DNA of 64,000 bases from Ramazzottius varieornatus (Eukaryota > Animalia > Tardigrada): the NCBI GenBank assembly GCA_001949185.1, contig BDGG01000010.1, positions 163,337 through 227,336 of the forward strand. Direction: 5' to 3'. How positions within the stretch are numbered: the stretch's first letter is position 1; each line of letters begins with the position of its first letter. Of the stretch, positions 1 to 12,474 are shown one piece after another. The translations under genes were made by a program, and so were the position numbers. Below the pieces are notes generated by a model that was not told the DNA's origin, searched no databases, and was given only the letters and a program-made list of their open reading frames with translations.

Positions 1-39
1 CCCCACACATTTTGCCAGTGAAACGGCGTACCACCTCAC

Positions 40-2508
40 CTGCTCTTGCATGAGGTTAAAACAGCAAGCAATCAACGCCAACCCCAGCAAGACATACACA
101 CAACAGCCAATCAGTTTCTGGCTGGAAGGATCCTGCTCCAGCATGGCACCCGGCACCAAGTCTCCGAAGCCGATGGTCGTCAGCGTCACAAAGCAAAAGT
201 AGAACGCATCCAAGAAGGGCCAGTCTTCCCACAGCGCGAACAACAACGACCCACTCAACACGTAGCTGATCATGATTAGAAGGCAACAGACGACTGGAAC
301 GTGGACTTTGCGTTTCTTTGGAGTTTCTTCGGTCTGTGTGCCGTCCGCTACAGTTTGATCCAGTCGCTCAATTTCGAAGAGAGATGGCGCTGCTTGGCTT
401 GGCTCGCTGTCACGCTTGGAGTGTCTTCGGACACGGATGCTGCATCGAGAGGCGCGACGGTAGTTGGGATCAAGACCGTCGGCAGAACAGCTGAACAAGT
501 GGGCGAAAAGTCGGCGAAAGATGACAGCTAGACAGATACCGATATTGCGGAGGAAGAGTAGCATGATGGGGATACCGACGATGGCGTACAGGACTGTCAC
601 CATCTTGCCTTGAAGAGTGCTGGGTGTCACGTGTCCGTAGCCTGAGAAGAACGTAACTCAACCTCAAGACAAGAGATAGACGCTTACATGCACTAATGAC
701 CAGTTTGTTCAGTAAACTCCGTGGGTTTTGGCGGCGGAAGAAAAACAACCACAGAAACCCATGGTATAGGCCGTTATGCTACAATTATGCTACACTTTGA
801 TCGTGTATTTGCATCCACAACTCCGGGCCTGAGTATGGACCTTGGCTGAGACTCGTGGGAGTAAATGTGGTCCTTGGTTTGTGTTTTATGTCCAGTAATA
901 AGCAGATAATCAGTGGTTGCGGCTAAATTGTTCTGGTGTCCCTGGCGTTTCTAATAATGATTCTGTTATGAAATCTAATCACGCTCGCGTCGCAAAAATT
1001 ACATCATTAACTTACCGATGGTCGTGATTACGGAAAAGGCATAGAGGAACGAGCTGGCGAGAGTCCATTCCCCCGACGTTCTTTTTCCATTGTCCACGCC
1101 CTGTTGCTTCTGATAGACGATCCAACTTCCACTGTGTTGATCGAGTTCCTGCCTCTTCCTTTCATAACGGACACTCCCATTACTCTTCTGCAGAATTGAA
1201 CCCAGTCAAATCCAGAGTTAGCAGCTAACTGTTGAAATTTAGAATATTTATATCCAACTTCAATCTCGTTCGTCCTTACGTCTGATCCATCAGAATTATT
1301 CAGAGGAACGTCACGACAGATGGTTGTGCATTCCAGAGGAAGTACCGTTAAGGTTCCGCGACTTCTGTCGGATCGTTCAACAGAGAGATTATGTACCGAC
1401 GCAAGGAGAGCGTTCAGCTGGGTTTCCGCTTGTATCGTCCAGTTATCCTGTTTGTGAGAAGCAAACATCAGCGTAAAAAAATTGGGTCATCGTAGTGAAA
1501 GGTTTCCGAGATACCCGTTAGCGTATGGTGACGAGATGTTCAAGTTTGCTCTACTTCTGGAAAACCAATCACCGAAGTGTTGTCGTAAATCACGCTAATT
1601 GATTTCTCTCAATCCGTCAACGCACGATTTGACTGTCAGCGCTCGACTTTAGAGTTTCCACATATGGGAGTTCGGCGATGGAGATCGACCAGATCGTTTT
1701 CCCAGATGGCGCACGTTCTCAGTACTCCTGGCCGGAAGGGCGCGCCAGTAGGAAAACGATCTGGGCGAGCTTTTCTTTAAAGTTGTGCGAAGTCAAAGTA
1801 TTCCGGACAGAAAGAGCAATCACGTTGTTTCAATAGGGGCAATTACAGTTGCCCGATTCAATCGAGAGTATGTTGAGGAGTGTTTCTGATTGTGCTGGGA
1901 GACAACCAAAGACAGGAAATTAAAGTGGCCGAAGTTGGACTCAATGTCGCGACGAACCTTCCACAAGACATTGAAGTCCAGTGTCAAGTTCCATAGGCGT
2001 TGAATGGTGGCCTGCTTCACCATGTCTAATCGCGCCTGATCCTCCAAATTTGCATTTGCGTGCCAGCCGGCATCGACACTTGATCCGAAGTGGCGCTGCG
2101 CCAAAGACTTGATGGGCTGACAGAAGGTCGTGCAGTTCTGTAAACGCAACAACAAACATACGTCACATCAGTAAAAATCGCTAATTTGGTTCACATGTGT
2201 TGCAATTTGGCAAGGCAAGAAGAACCTAGCAGCAGGATACTTTGGCAGCATAATCTGTTAACAGGTTTCTGCTGGAAAGTTTCAGCACCCCGACATACAC
2301 GCATATACGGACGTACACATCTCACCTGAGAAAGATCTTCCGATGGTCCCTCGAGGTACTGAAACAGGAAACCGCCCATAATCGAATACGCCACGACAAG
2401 CGCAGTCAATCCCACATGGGAAAAGAGATATGCCGAAGTTATCCGACAGCATTTTCGGCAACCACAACGTCGCTTCCTTTTGCTGATCAGAATTACGTTT
2501 TCCGCCAT
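40..2508 (-). CDS. Two-pore-domain potassium channel (K2P, TWIK/twk family), multi-exon, 3' end outside the window
   Basis: Exon 1 (2508 to ~2325) encodes M1 (LFSHVGLTALVVAYSIMGGFLFQYLEG). A cap exon (~2140-1958) has IQRLWNLTLDFNVLWK. The exon ending at 1016 gives WTLASSFLYAFSVITTI-G, spliced to exon 641-40, which starts GYGHVTP (pore 1) and contains WEDWPFLDAFYFCFVTLTTIGFGDLVPG (pore 2). Canonical GT/AG sites at 1015, 642 and 39. Boundaries of the middle exons (~1190-1450) are approximate. Confidence 0.92.
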
Positions 2509-3848
2509 CGGAAGAAAACTCCTTGGTAAAACGAGAACGCAAGCAAATGGGTGGAGAAACTAAATGCGAGGTGCCGGTCCTCGTGGTAGGTTAGTGAGAT
2601 ATTTTGGGGAACTCTTGTCACGCACAGTAAAAACATTCAGGCACCGCTACAATACAGTCAACAATGGCTTTGTAAACGTCCGGTAACTAGCACCGTTTTA
2701 TATACTGAACAAAAAAATATGGTACGACGAGATAAGCTAACAAGTTTAAGACAACACAGCAAATGCGGATCTTGCTCGAGCCACATATGGTGTAAATAAA
2801 CAAGGAGGAAAGCTCCGTGCCATTTAAGTGAGTTAGTGGCATAGAGTGCCGGTCTGGGATTCAGTTAACAGCAACTTAACGATGGGATCCTTCCTGCAGC
2901 AGACATCGTGATGCGCTTTCCCAGGGTAACAGCCTGTCCGTAGCGCAGAAAGAACCGTAGCGGGAGCCATGATGTACTGTATACAGTAGCTGTGCGGATC
3001 GCAGCGGTGGAAGATGTGTTGGGCTAGCGCAGTGAACCAGAATTGACGATATGCATGCTATTCTCGCATGAACGATTTGTCATGTCGCTCTCCAGTATCT
3101 CTGGTATCTACCATCGCTCGTCAATTAGCGTTCTCATCATACCCCCACTTTCTTTTTCGAGCTTCCGCCTGAACAGATTACGGCGTTGGACGGCGACCTG
3201 CTGGCTGCGATCTCACTTAGCGAGGTGCTTACCAGCACGATCTAGCTTGGAAACGTCTTCTCGCGTTATGCACATGTGCACAAATGGTCTCGTGCCGGAG
3301 AAAACTGCATATTTCAAGAAAACTTCGATTCGGAAAGTTCGGATCGAGCCAGTTTTGAGTGGGTCCGCTCTGGAAATACTGTACGTACCTTGTCTCGACG
3401 CTTTCCGTCCTATCTTGGTCAGCTCAGCATTTCACAAACACAATACAGCACATTCCAATCGAGGCCTTTCGCAGCCCGAAGTATTATATTGCTTGAAGTC
3501 TCACCCCAGTTCGATACCACCTGCTTTAGATGGAACTACGTCTCGCAGTCGTATACGCGTGAACAAGTACTTGCTCCTTTACATTTACCGCTGAAACAGA
3601 GCGCCAGATGCCGCCACGCGCCGGTACTTGTACGCAAACGCACAACTAGCCCGCCGAAGTCACTGTCGGATTCTGACGATAGTAACAGCCATGACATCTC
3701 AGCTCTACTGTACCCTAAACTTCTCACAGAATTTGGCTTTTTGGGAGACAGCACCGACACCGTCTTTCTGCGGAGTGGCGAATTATAATTCACGCTGAGG
3801 AAAAGTTTTCAAGGATTCCGTTGATTACGAAAAAACGTTTATTGAATT

Positions 3849-3962
3849 AGTCTTTTCCTGTTTGACAGGTATTTCTGTCAGGTTCCAACATTTGATTGAT
3901 ATGGTGTCACGCATTGTATGATATGGCGGCTGACAGAAATACCTGTCAAACAGGAAAAGACT
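3849..3962. repeat. Perfect 33-bp inverted repeat with 48-nt spacer
   Basis: agtcttttcctgtttgacaggtatttctgtcag (3849-3881) is the exact reverse complement of 3930-3962. Confidence 0.9.
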
Positions 3963-4139
3963 TATGGCGGCGATGGCCGCCCATATTCGGAAGCGAAGAA
4001 TCCCCTCGTTCGAGGAAAGCGGTATTTTCAAACGTGGATCGTGGTGACCGAGAGATGTTTGGCCAAGAACCACCTCAACCAGCCCTCAATAACACGCCAT
4101 GTTCGCATTTTCATATAGCATTCGGAGAAAGAACCACAA

Positions 4140-4384
4140 GCTATACTGTAATGCTTCATGAACTTCGCGAAGTGAGGCACAAACCGCGTAGGGTTTACGG
4201 GTATGATGACGCATACAGCACACGCTCACTACGGCATAATCACTGATGTGCTGCTGAANNNNNNNNNNNNNNNNNNNNNNNNNNNNNNNNNNNNNNNNNN
4301 NNNNNNNNCAACTCAGCAATGGGCTGTTCAGTAGTACATCAGTGGACATAATTCGCGAAGCTCGTGAAGCATCACAGTACTAGC
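4140..4384. mobile_element. Foldback/MITE-like inverted-repeat element spanning an assembly gap
   Basis: gctatactgtaatgcttcatgaacttcgcgaa pairs with ttcgcgaagctcgtgaagcatcacagtactagc, and cactgatgtgctgctgaa pairs with ttcagtagtacatcagtg, on either side of the N run. Confidence 0.6.
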
Positions 4385-6497
4385 TGTCCTCTGTCGCTGT
4401 CAGCGGATGAGCCAGGTAAGCAGACATGATGACAAAGTTGGACAACCAGCCTTCTTCTGTATGAAGACTCTGCTATTCCGGACCGGAAGTCTCACAGAAA
4501 GAATCTTCAGTCTTTAGAGCCCATACAGAGGTAATCCGGCACCGGAAACTGGCTGTTTTTAAACTAACGCAACGGAATCATTGTAAGTCGGCCCCGTGGT
4601 TCACCTTTTCTGCACCTGCAATGGGCGCTTGCAGGCTGTTGGAGCACCGTTTTCTTCCGTTGTAGTTTCCCCAGGACGGATGAGAATACACCTTGTTTGT
4701 TCGCGATAACAAATACGCTGAATGCAACAAAACCAAATCCTCAGGAGAGACTGAACGTTCCCCATCAGGCTTTGCCGTACGCACTGGGAGAGCTCTTCAG
4801 CTTCTCCAGACTTTTATGATTTTTTTGTCATGTCATATATCATGTCATGTACTATCACGTATAACATATCACGTACAGTGACGTTAAAGCACGTGGTGCA
4901 TGCGTTACTGTTTACAGTCAACAGCTGGGGTTGAATGGCCACGCGGACCCGAAGCCATAAATTGAAGCTCTATAGTCTACAGTGTACGACAAAATAATCT
5001 GTTAAAAATAGGTGTTGGGGGGAGCAAGATGGATGAAGCCAACAAAATTTGCGCATGCAGCAAAATATAATTCTCATTGACTGAGTCGTAAATAAGCTCC
5101 AGCTGCAGTATTACGCCCATTTTCAACGGTTAATTTTGTCGTACTATGTATGAGACTACCGTCGACGCATTTCAAGCAACCAATCGTAAATGCGTACCGC
5201 AAAACTTCGGCATGATCCAGATTGTTGCCTCTGTGCATAAAAATGGAAGTCCGCAGGGAGTGATCCTTATAACTAATCAAAACGACCTACCTTTGACCAC
5301 TTCGAATTGAACAGGAAGGCGACTAATGAGCTACTCAGGTAAAAAACGCGCACCTTTGTATCAAGCGATCAATACTTGCTAATGATAAATATGAAGGTAT
5401 CAGTTATGTGCGTTTTGGCGTGATTGATGTGACGCTCAACCGTTATCATTGTAAATTGTGACAGATAGCGCGGTACAAGAAGATGGTTTCTTTTTCCAGA
5501 TTGAACTACAACTGCCGATTGTCACACGTCTTTATGGTCTTCGGAACCAGGGAATATTTTAAAACCTCTCATATATGACAAGGCTTCGCAGACAGTTGGC
5601 ACTTCTACTTCACGGTTAAGAAGCCGCTTTAGTGTGACCGTCGACAGGCGCACACACAAGACGAGAAATTATGTTTCAGTAAAAATTATGGGAGAGGCGG
5701 AAAGGACGGCGAAATGGAAATTCGACCGTAGAAAAGTGTCGAAAAATGTATTACTCTGAATCGGTTGCGTACGTACGTACTCGTACCGCCGTAGCGAGAA
5801 GGCCTGTTAAATAATTTTTACTGTACCATAATTTCTTGTCCTGCATGTACGGCAAACATTCATAGTACTCCTAACATCGATAATTTCCAGATGTGTGGAT
5901 TAAACCGGCCTACAGATCACAATGCTTACTTGATGTCAATCATAGCGCTGGTTGCGGATGTAGCGTCTTTCAGATGCACGATGGCAAGAAGTATAGTTAT
6001 AACTTATGAGTTAAAGAACATAACGTGATAAGCAGAAATAAGGGTATAGTCTTATTTGGCAGTTCTTGACTGTCTAAACGCGTCGATGGGTGTCGCGGAT
6101 GCAACTAGAGGTGGCTCACAGTCTGTAGGTGAGACCGAGGCGGAAGTGATGGCTTGGCGGATTAGTCTTCCACCTGTTCCTCTGAACTGCAACGGTCACG
6201 TTAGCGAGCTCAGAAACCCCATTTTTAATTGCGGAGAAGAATTTTGCGAGATAAAAAGAGCGAAACAAAGTTATTCATCAAGAACATCTTCTCGAGAAGA
6301 CTTTCAGACACAGAACAATGAGAATATGGTTACTCGTACAAGAATGTTGCACGGAAGGAGCTCACAGCCGGACATGGCGAATGGTCAAGACGGAAATGCC
6401 ACCATACAGTAATTAGGGAAACCTGCGAGGAAGTACACTTGTCGACAAAACAATTTTCTCTAGCGTGATAGCTGGATTTTGAACATTGAGCAGATTG

Positions 6498-9400
6498 CTA
6501 CAGTGGAGTGCTGAATTTAGGTGATGCCAGGGCTTTCTTGACACAGTCGCGGAAACGCTTGGACAAAAGGGTGTACAGGAGCGGATTGGCACAGCAGTTT
6601 AGGAAGACCATGCACTTGCAGAACAGGACGTACCACAGGTCCAGCCAGGGTTCTTCCACCAAGCTGTTGTAAATCAACAGGCCCCGGAATGGCAGCCAGC
6701 ATATCGCGAATAGCAACACTGTTGCCACCAAAATCCGAAGGCTCTGCAAATGAAAACCTATATTTCGAACGAGCCGACTGTACGTTACTCATTGCTCACT
6801 TGCGCTACATTGCGCCGGTTGGGTGTACCCCGCTGCGCGGTAGTATCGCTTATCTGTTGGCTCGCTTGGCCGCTTCCTGACGACCGCTTGCGGGAGGATT
6901 GTGTTGAAAACATAGTGCCGTATTCGCGATCCACGACGGACACCGCTCGTGATAAAGGCTCCTCCGTTGTGATTCTCATCCTCCGTAAATATGTCCGGCT
7001 GCTGGATGACCGACGTCCAGTAGCATGTTCCATATCTGATCCTCGGTAGACCATCCTGACAGTGCCCCGTTCCTCTGGAAGGCTGCGTAGTACTCGACCA
7101 ATGTTCCAGTAGACAAACATAGCTTCAACGAGAGGAACAACATAGAAGAGGGCAAGGTCGGTGGTGAAGAGAGCGATGTATTGACTCTGAGAAAGAGAGA
7201 GCTGGCAGTGCCTTATTTCAGCCTGAAAGTACTCGTCTTGAACAACTTCTGCCAACCAGAACCACGGTGCGCAGTATAGAAACGCGACAGCCCAGCAGCC
7301 AGCAGTGATCTTTCGACTTCGATTAAGTGTCAGCTTTTGCGCCAGGAATGGCCGGCAGGTCGCAATGTATCGTTCCAGCGTAAAGGCCATCATGCTGCGG
7401 AACAAAGAAGCTGCGTTAAGATACCATCACTGCTCATAATTAACACCCACCCTGCCTGAGGAGGTACCGTACCGGGATACCGTTTGCACAAAATTTAAGC
7501 TGACATTGGGTCAACTAATCAGAAAATCGACATCCGGGATATGAGCATACGACATTTGGGTTTCGGCGGCCGAATTCTATAACGATCGATCAGTGTGCAA
7601 AGTGTTCGGGAAACGAGCTTAAAGTTTTGAGACCTCGAGGGCAAAGTTGAACTATACTGTACTGATGCAGGCAGGTGTAGCAGACATCGGGGAAGACGAT
7701 ACAGAAGCCTGTTTGACTGTCTGACCAGTAGTCAAGTGACTACGTCAAGAAAATCTGAAAGGGTTCGGAAATGTTGCAGTGGAAATGTTTCAACGTCACA
7801 ATGACGTCAGACCGTGTAAACATGCGCCTGCATCTGTTTGGACGCAAAACCCCGCGTGCGGGTATCTCAGCTGGTAATCACCCCAGAACTTTCGGGACCA
7901 TTTCCCCAAATAGGAGAACAGTGTTTTATTTTAGACTTCGAGCCACGGCGAGGTACGACAAACTGACGAAACAATGACGCCGGATATTCGCAACAACTTG
8001 ATGTTCAAGGTAAACGACATAATTCGAGCAACCCGAAAAGTTCGAACATCATCCACAACGCTTGGTTCATCTCTCATCGTACGTCAGGCTTTTTAACACT
8101 GGACTGGCCCATCTTTCTCAGAGAAAATGATTCCTGTGATCTACAGCGCGTGGTTGTTCTAATACCCACTAAGACCTCGAACAGAGGGATCGATCTACCT
8201 CAGGAAGCAACGAGCGGTTGATTACAGGCAACAGGAGCTGAGAAAATATATGCCCGAATTATGTCGTTTACCTCGTAAGGAAATGGTTATTCGGAAGCAG
8301 AAAAAGTCAGTACGCAATTCGGCTGTCGAAACCCGTTAAGACCGGTTAAACATATGGCTCGTACAGTAACGTCTTCCAATGATACTGCGCACAGCGCCAT
8401 CTCCGAAGTTATAACAACAGATGCGGTGGCATGCACCTTTCGATCTTTACGTCAGTGATCACTGATCACTCGTACTTGACAAGAAAAGTGCTTAGAAAAG
8501 TGCTCCGTGACGCGATATACCTGTGGGAGGCTTTACTGCAAATATAGGAGTGGGTTGAAATCTTAAAGCTTAGGTATCCGGTATGCATGGTCAACAAATG
8601 TTATCAAATGCAGCAGGACGTAGATATTGCACGGGTTACTCTGCCTTGTTCTTCAGCCAAAGATAGTCAACAACTTAGTACCTCAATGTACCAACGTTGA
8701 TGCAGAAGAAATTGGTGAAAACGAAAGCCGAGCACGCGAAGGACGTAGAATACCAAATTCCACTGGAGATAGTGTATCTGCAAAGGGTGTGATCTGTGAG
8801 GTAATAAATCAGTAGTTCCTTACTCATTGCTCAGCGAACTTACTACTAAAGCCTTCTGACCACACAGGTTTACGAAGGCAAGCCCTAATTCCTGACTGTT
8901 TGATTGGCCTGATATGGCAGCTTCCCCAAGTTGGTCGATAAGTCGAGCGGAAACGCAGAAGGGTGGCGGGGAACATTACGGAGGGGTTTGACCCATACAA
9001 AATTGGTTCTTCGTGCAGCTATGGCGCTGGAAAATTCAAATGTGACAAACAGCTGGGGAACGGCAATGCTAGGTCTGACGTCACGACTCAAACCGGTGTG
9101 CTAGCCGTGAAGTACCCGTGTACGTACGCTGCACCCATGGAGCCGCTACGTAGACAAAGCCGGATTCGCTCAGATAAACTGACCCGACTGCAAGCCGATG
9201 GCCACATGACGGGCAGCACATACGGACACCAAGCTGTTTGTCACACTGGCTATTGCGAAGCGCCATGGCTGTCTTCGTGAGAAAATGAGGAGAAAGCGTC
9301 CGATTTGCGGCGTCGACATATTTTTAAACATTGTCCTTCGAGTCATGTTTAGGGCATGGATAACGCCCAGTTTCATCAAACATTGACCTGGAACCACGTG

Positions 9401-12400
9401 ATCACCAGCTGCAGGGAAGCAAGACAGCAAGACAAGGTGATATCCGAGCCGGAGCCACAGGCATTATTTGTTACTTACACGAGGCCTTCCGGAACTGCAG
9501 TGCATATCGCGAGCAGATCGGCGCAGGCAAGGGATGCCTACAAAATTGCAAACATTAGCACAAGAAATAAACCGTGAAATTAATGATCTGCCATCCGCAA
9601 TGCCCCTGAATCTGCCACCTTTCTGCGGGAATGATACAAAAACTTGACGGACTCAGCTGCGACACTGTAGAAGCGTCAACCAGAACGGGGGTGCGTCCCC
9701 TGCTCGAATGAACACCTGAGCCGCTACAGGCATGACTGACGCCCTATATCGAATGGATCAAACTACTGTTTATGGGACGGTCATGCTGTCGAAACACAAA
9801 AATACTTTGCTTTGACTGTTCGGATGCGTTGTCACCACGATACTACACATCCTCCATTAATCACAGCAGCAATTAGAAATCTATACAACGGTGTAAACTA
9901 GTTTATACAAGGTCTGAGGGCTGCCTGTGTTTGAACTGATTTTGGTTTAACAAACAAAGGCATTGGCCAACAAAGGCAAGCCACAGAGCATTGCACATTG
10001 TGCAAACTTCGATGTGTATCTAACGCTCACGTTCAGTCAACGCATGAATTCTGGCCGTCCAAAAATATCAAAGAAGATGTGAGAATAACAATTTCAGGGT
10101 CATTCGCATGTCGTTGGTAAACATGAATGGGCAACCTACCAACGAACAAGATATGCAGGACGCATTGCACTTGCTCGAAAATAAATGTGTTTTCTGTAGC
10201 CTGTCCCTGACTCAGTTCTCGATCAAGGTCTTGCTGCGCATAGATGCCCGTTCAAGCGGAAGAATACCACACTGTTTAACGGAGGAAACAGCCTTGAAGT
10301 GCCGTCATTGGGATAATGTTTGTTCCTTATCGCCGGCCTTTTTTGCTTATAGACTCGCGCATTTGAGTGCTATTTTCCATCACGGTTCCGATTGCGTTCA
10401 CCGGATATGCGGCTCTGCGTATTATTTCTTGTTGTTTGGACCTGTTACGGTGCAACGAGACTCTACGACATCGCCGATTATGTGACCAACGACTGCAACA
10501 CCGTGGATCCCCACGTGCTCAAGTTCCTGCTGCATCGGGACGAAGACCATACCACTGCGATGAAGTAATTCATACGGGAGGGGCGCGAAGCAGGTGAGAA
10601 ACCATCAAAATATTTTCGTAAACCATCGGAATGGCCCATACTCCAAGACCATGAATGGCTGGAATGATCAAACAAAAACAGTTCAGCTTACTGCCGTTAC
10701 TGCGGGTTGGGTTTCACGGGTTGGGTACCCATGACCAAAAAAGTCGGTGAGTTTGTCAAATTTCCAATCACAAATTTCTACCAGGCGCAGTAAGACATGC
10801 CAACCGACATGATCATGTCTAAGCGGAAGCAGATGCTCTTGCATTCAAAGAGACCAACATGTTACTGCTTAATTTCAAGAAAAGCTACAAGGTCTCTGTT
10901 CTGATTTCGTCATCAAAAATCGTCGGACTTCTGGCTAGACAGCGAATTGCTTTTCACGGTACCAAATGTGAGCTGAAAAGTGAGGAAATGAAAGTCAGTA
11001 CGGGTCACGAGCTGTTCGATGTCGGCGGATGTTGGTTCAGCAACTTTGGAGTGATGTATTTGTTCCGGATGAACGCTGGCGACGTGGACCTTCTTAACAA
11101 TATCAGCAAGATTGCTGTCGGTCGGGATAGTCTTGTACTCTTAGCCTTGGCCGTATAATTCTCGCTAACCTATTAACCAAAACTTTTTCCCTTCTTTTGT
11201 TGTTGTGAGTTCCGACTGTGCGAACAATACCGGTGCATCTTGATAACCATTGAACGAAAATGTTTGACGTGATGGTACAGACTTAAGCTTCTTCTAGCAT
11301 ACGTCGACTGGTCAGCATGCGGAACCAGCTTTCCGATTCTAAAGATCACTTTCTGACGAAGCACCAGTACAGTTTTGTGGCTTCATTGTGATTCATCAAT
11401 CAAATCAAAATATTTTTCTGTTTCGACATCATAACCGTCCCGTAAGCAAAAGTTTGATCCATTCGATATAGGGTGCGTCGGCCCTGGGTACAGGGATGTA
11501 GCCGTGCCTTGAATCAGGGAAGGCTCGTTGAAGTGCGGCGAATTATTCTCACCATGTTTCACCGCATTAGTGAAAATTTCACCGACGCGGGAAGAGCGGT
11601 GGAGGACTGTGGAAGATGGTGAAGGAAGCAGATTCCGTCTTTTAGCTAACTGATTTATCGCACTTGATTGATTGGTTGCACCTTAGTCAATCAATCAAGG
11701 TACAAGTAATCAGTCAATCGAAGGACCGAATTTGCTCTCTTCACCATCCTTCAGTATTTTTCATCGTTCTTCCTCGCGTCACTGAAATTTTCAGTAAGTC
11801 GGTGGAGGATGATGAAAAAAATCACCGTAGTTCACCGAGCCTTCCTCCGGCGCAATTGAACCTTGATGATACCTATGTATCGGTGCCTATCCAGCACTGA
11901 TCCAAAAAGTTCGATCAATCGACGGCTACATCAGCCCTGCTTTCATTTAACACTGTGCTGCGAGCAGGAAATGCCGAGTTCGTCTAGGTTTCTATTAATT
12001 CGAAAACGCTGGGGCATTGCCTGAGGGTGCGCATGTCTCGTCCCATTTTCTGTAGCGTGGTGCGTGACGAATCTCCAGCTCACAGTGTGGCGCGATAAGC
12101 ACTTACATAATTAACGTACTCACACGCTCAGCTGTTGCGCATTTGTAAGGGGTTGACGCGCTTCAATCAGTGATCGAGCTGTTGTTCGATGTTTTCGATA
12201 TTAACTTGCTATACAGCTGGGAACTAGCATTAAACAGGCACTGACGATATCATCATTAACTTACGAGGTAACCATAGGCCGATGTGTGCAAGGAATCGGA
12301 AACGTAGATGGTAAAGATAACGATGGAATTCCCCGTGATTCCCAGCAGAAAGACGATGGTATAAGCTAGTATGGCCACAGTTCGATACCGTACTCCAAAC

Positions 12401-12474
12401 GGTTCGAAATAATAGCTGCCATTGCTGAAAGCCAATGTATCATTGTACTGCTCGAGAAGGTCGTCGGGGTGCAT
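6498..12474 (-). CDS. Class A GPCR, thyrotropin-releasing hormone receptor-like, paralog 1 (5 exons, ~401 aa, intact)
   Basis: Exons 12474-12265, 9537-9479, 8777-8682, 7394-6800, 6743-6498 join in frame with GT-AG introns. Motifs: TM1 LGITGN, TM2 SLACADLL, ECL1 W..C, TM3 FCINVGTLSMMAFTLERYIATCRP, TM4 W, TM5 LFYVVPL, TM6 FAICWLPFRGL, TM7 DLWY..F.K...FLNCCANPLLY. The AFTxERYIAxCxP-AQ and LWY..F.K..N...NP.LY patterns resemble TRHR. Confidence 0.9.
10470..11010 (+). pseudogene. Degenerate hAT (Tip100/ZMYM1-like) transposase fragment in GPCR1 intron 1
   Basis: The translation shows HEWLE*S...AYCRYC (TTF-type zinc finger), GFTGW and LLARQRIAFHG (DUF4371-like motif), broken by stops and frameshifts. 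Confidence 0.6.
11491..11939. mobile_element. Nested MITE-like inverted-repeat elements in GPCR1 intron 1
   Basis: Outer IR cagggatgtagccgt (11491) / acggctacatcagccctg (to 11939). Inner long imperfect IR ggaaggctcgttgaa (~11518) / ttcaccgagccttcc (~11845). Central ttgattgatt...gtcaatcaatcaa palindrome. Confidence 0.7.
11954..12101. repeat. Dispersed repeat, copy 1 (second copy at 29801-29939)
   Basis: Shared blocks ctgcg(a/g)gcaggaaatgcc, gcatgtc...cccattttctgtagcg, gtgacgaa and ggcgcga(t/c)aagca occur in the same order. Confidence 0.7.

Noticed and set aside
46-531. Plus-strand ORFs 46-279 and 301-531
   Set aside because: Antisense shadows of the K2P channel exon.
2830-2880. tRNA/SINE A-box-like tagtggcatagagtgccggtctggg
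   Set aside because: No B box or cloverleaf could be built.
3043-3793. Overlapping 183-aa and 170-aa ORFs
   Set aside because: No recognisable motifs or splice structure; likely chance ORFs.
8963-9280. 105-aa Cys-containing ORF inside GPCR1 intron 2
   Set aside because: Non-ATG start, no signal peptide or domain pattern, no supporting splice sites.
11020-11360. Possible integrase zinc-binding-like remnant (IVKKVHVASVH) on the minus strand
   Set aside because: Too short and degenerate to support a call.
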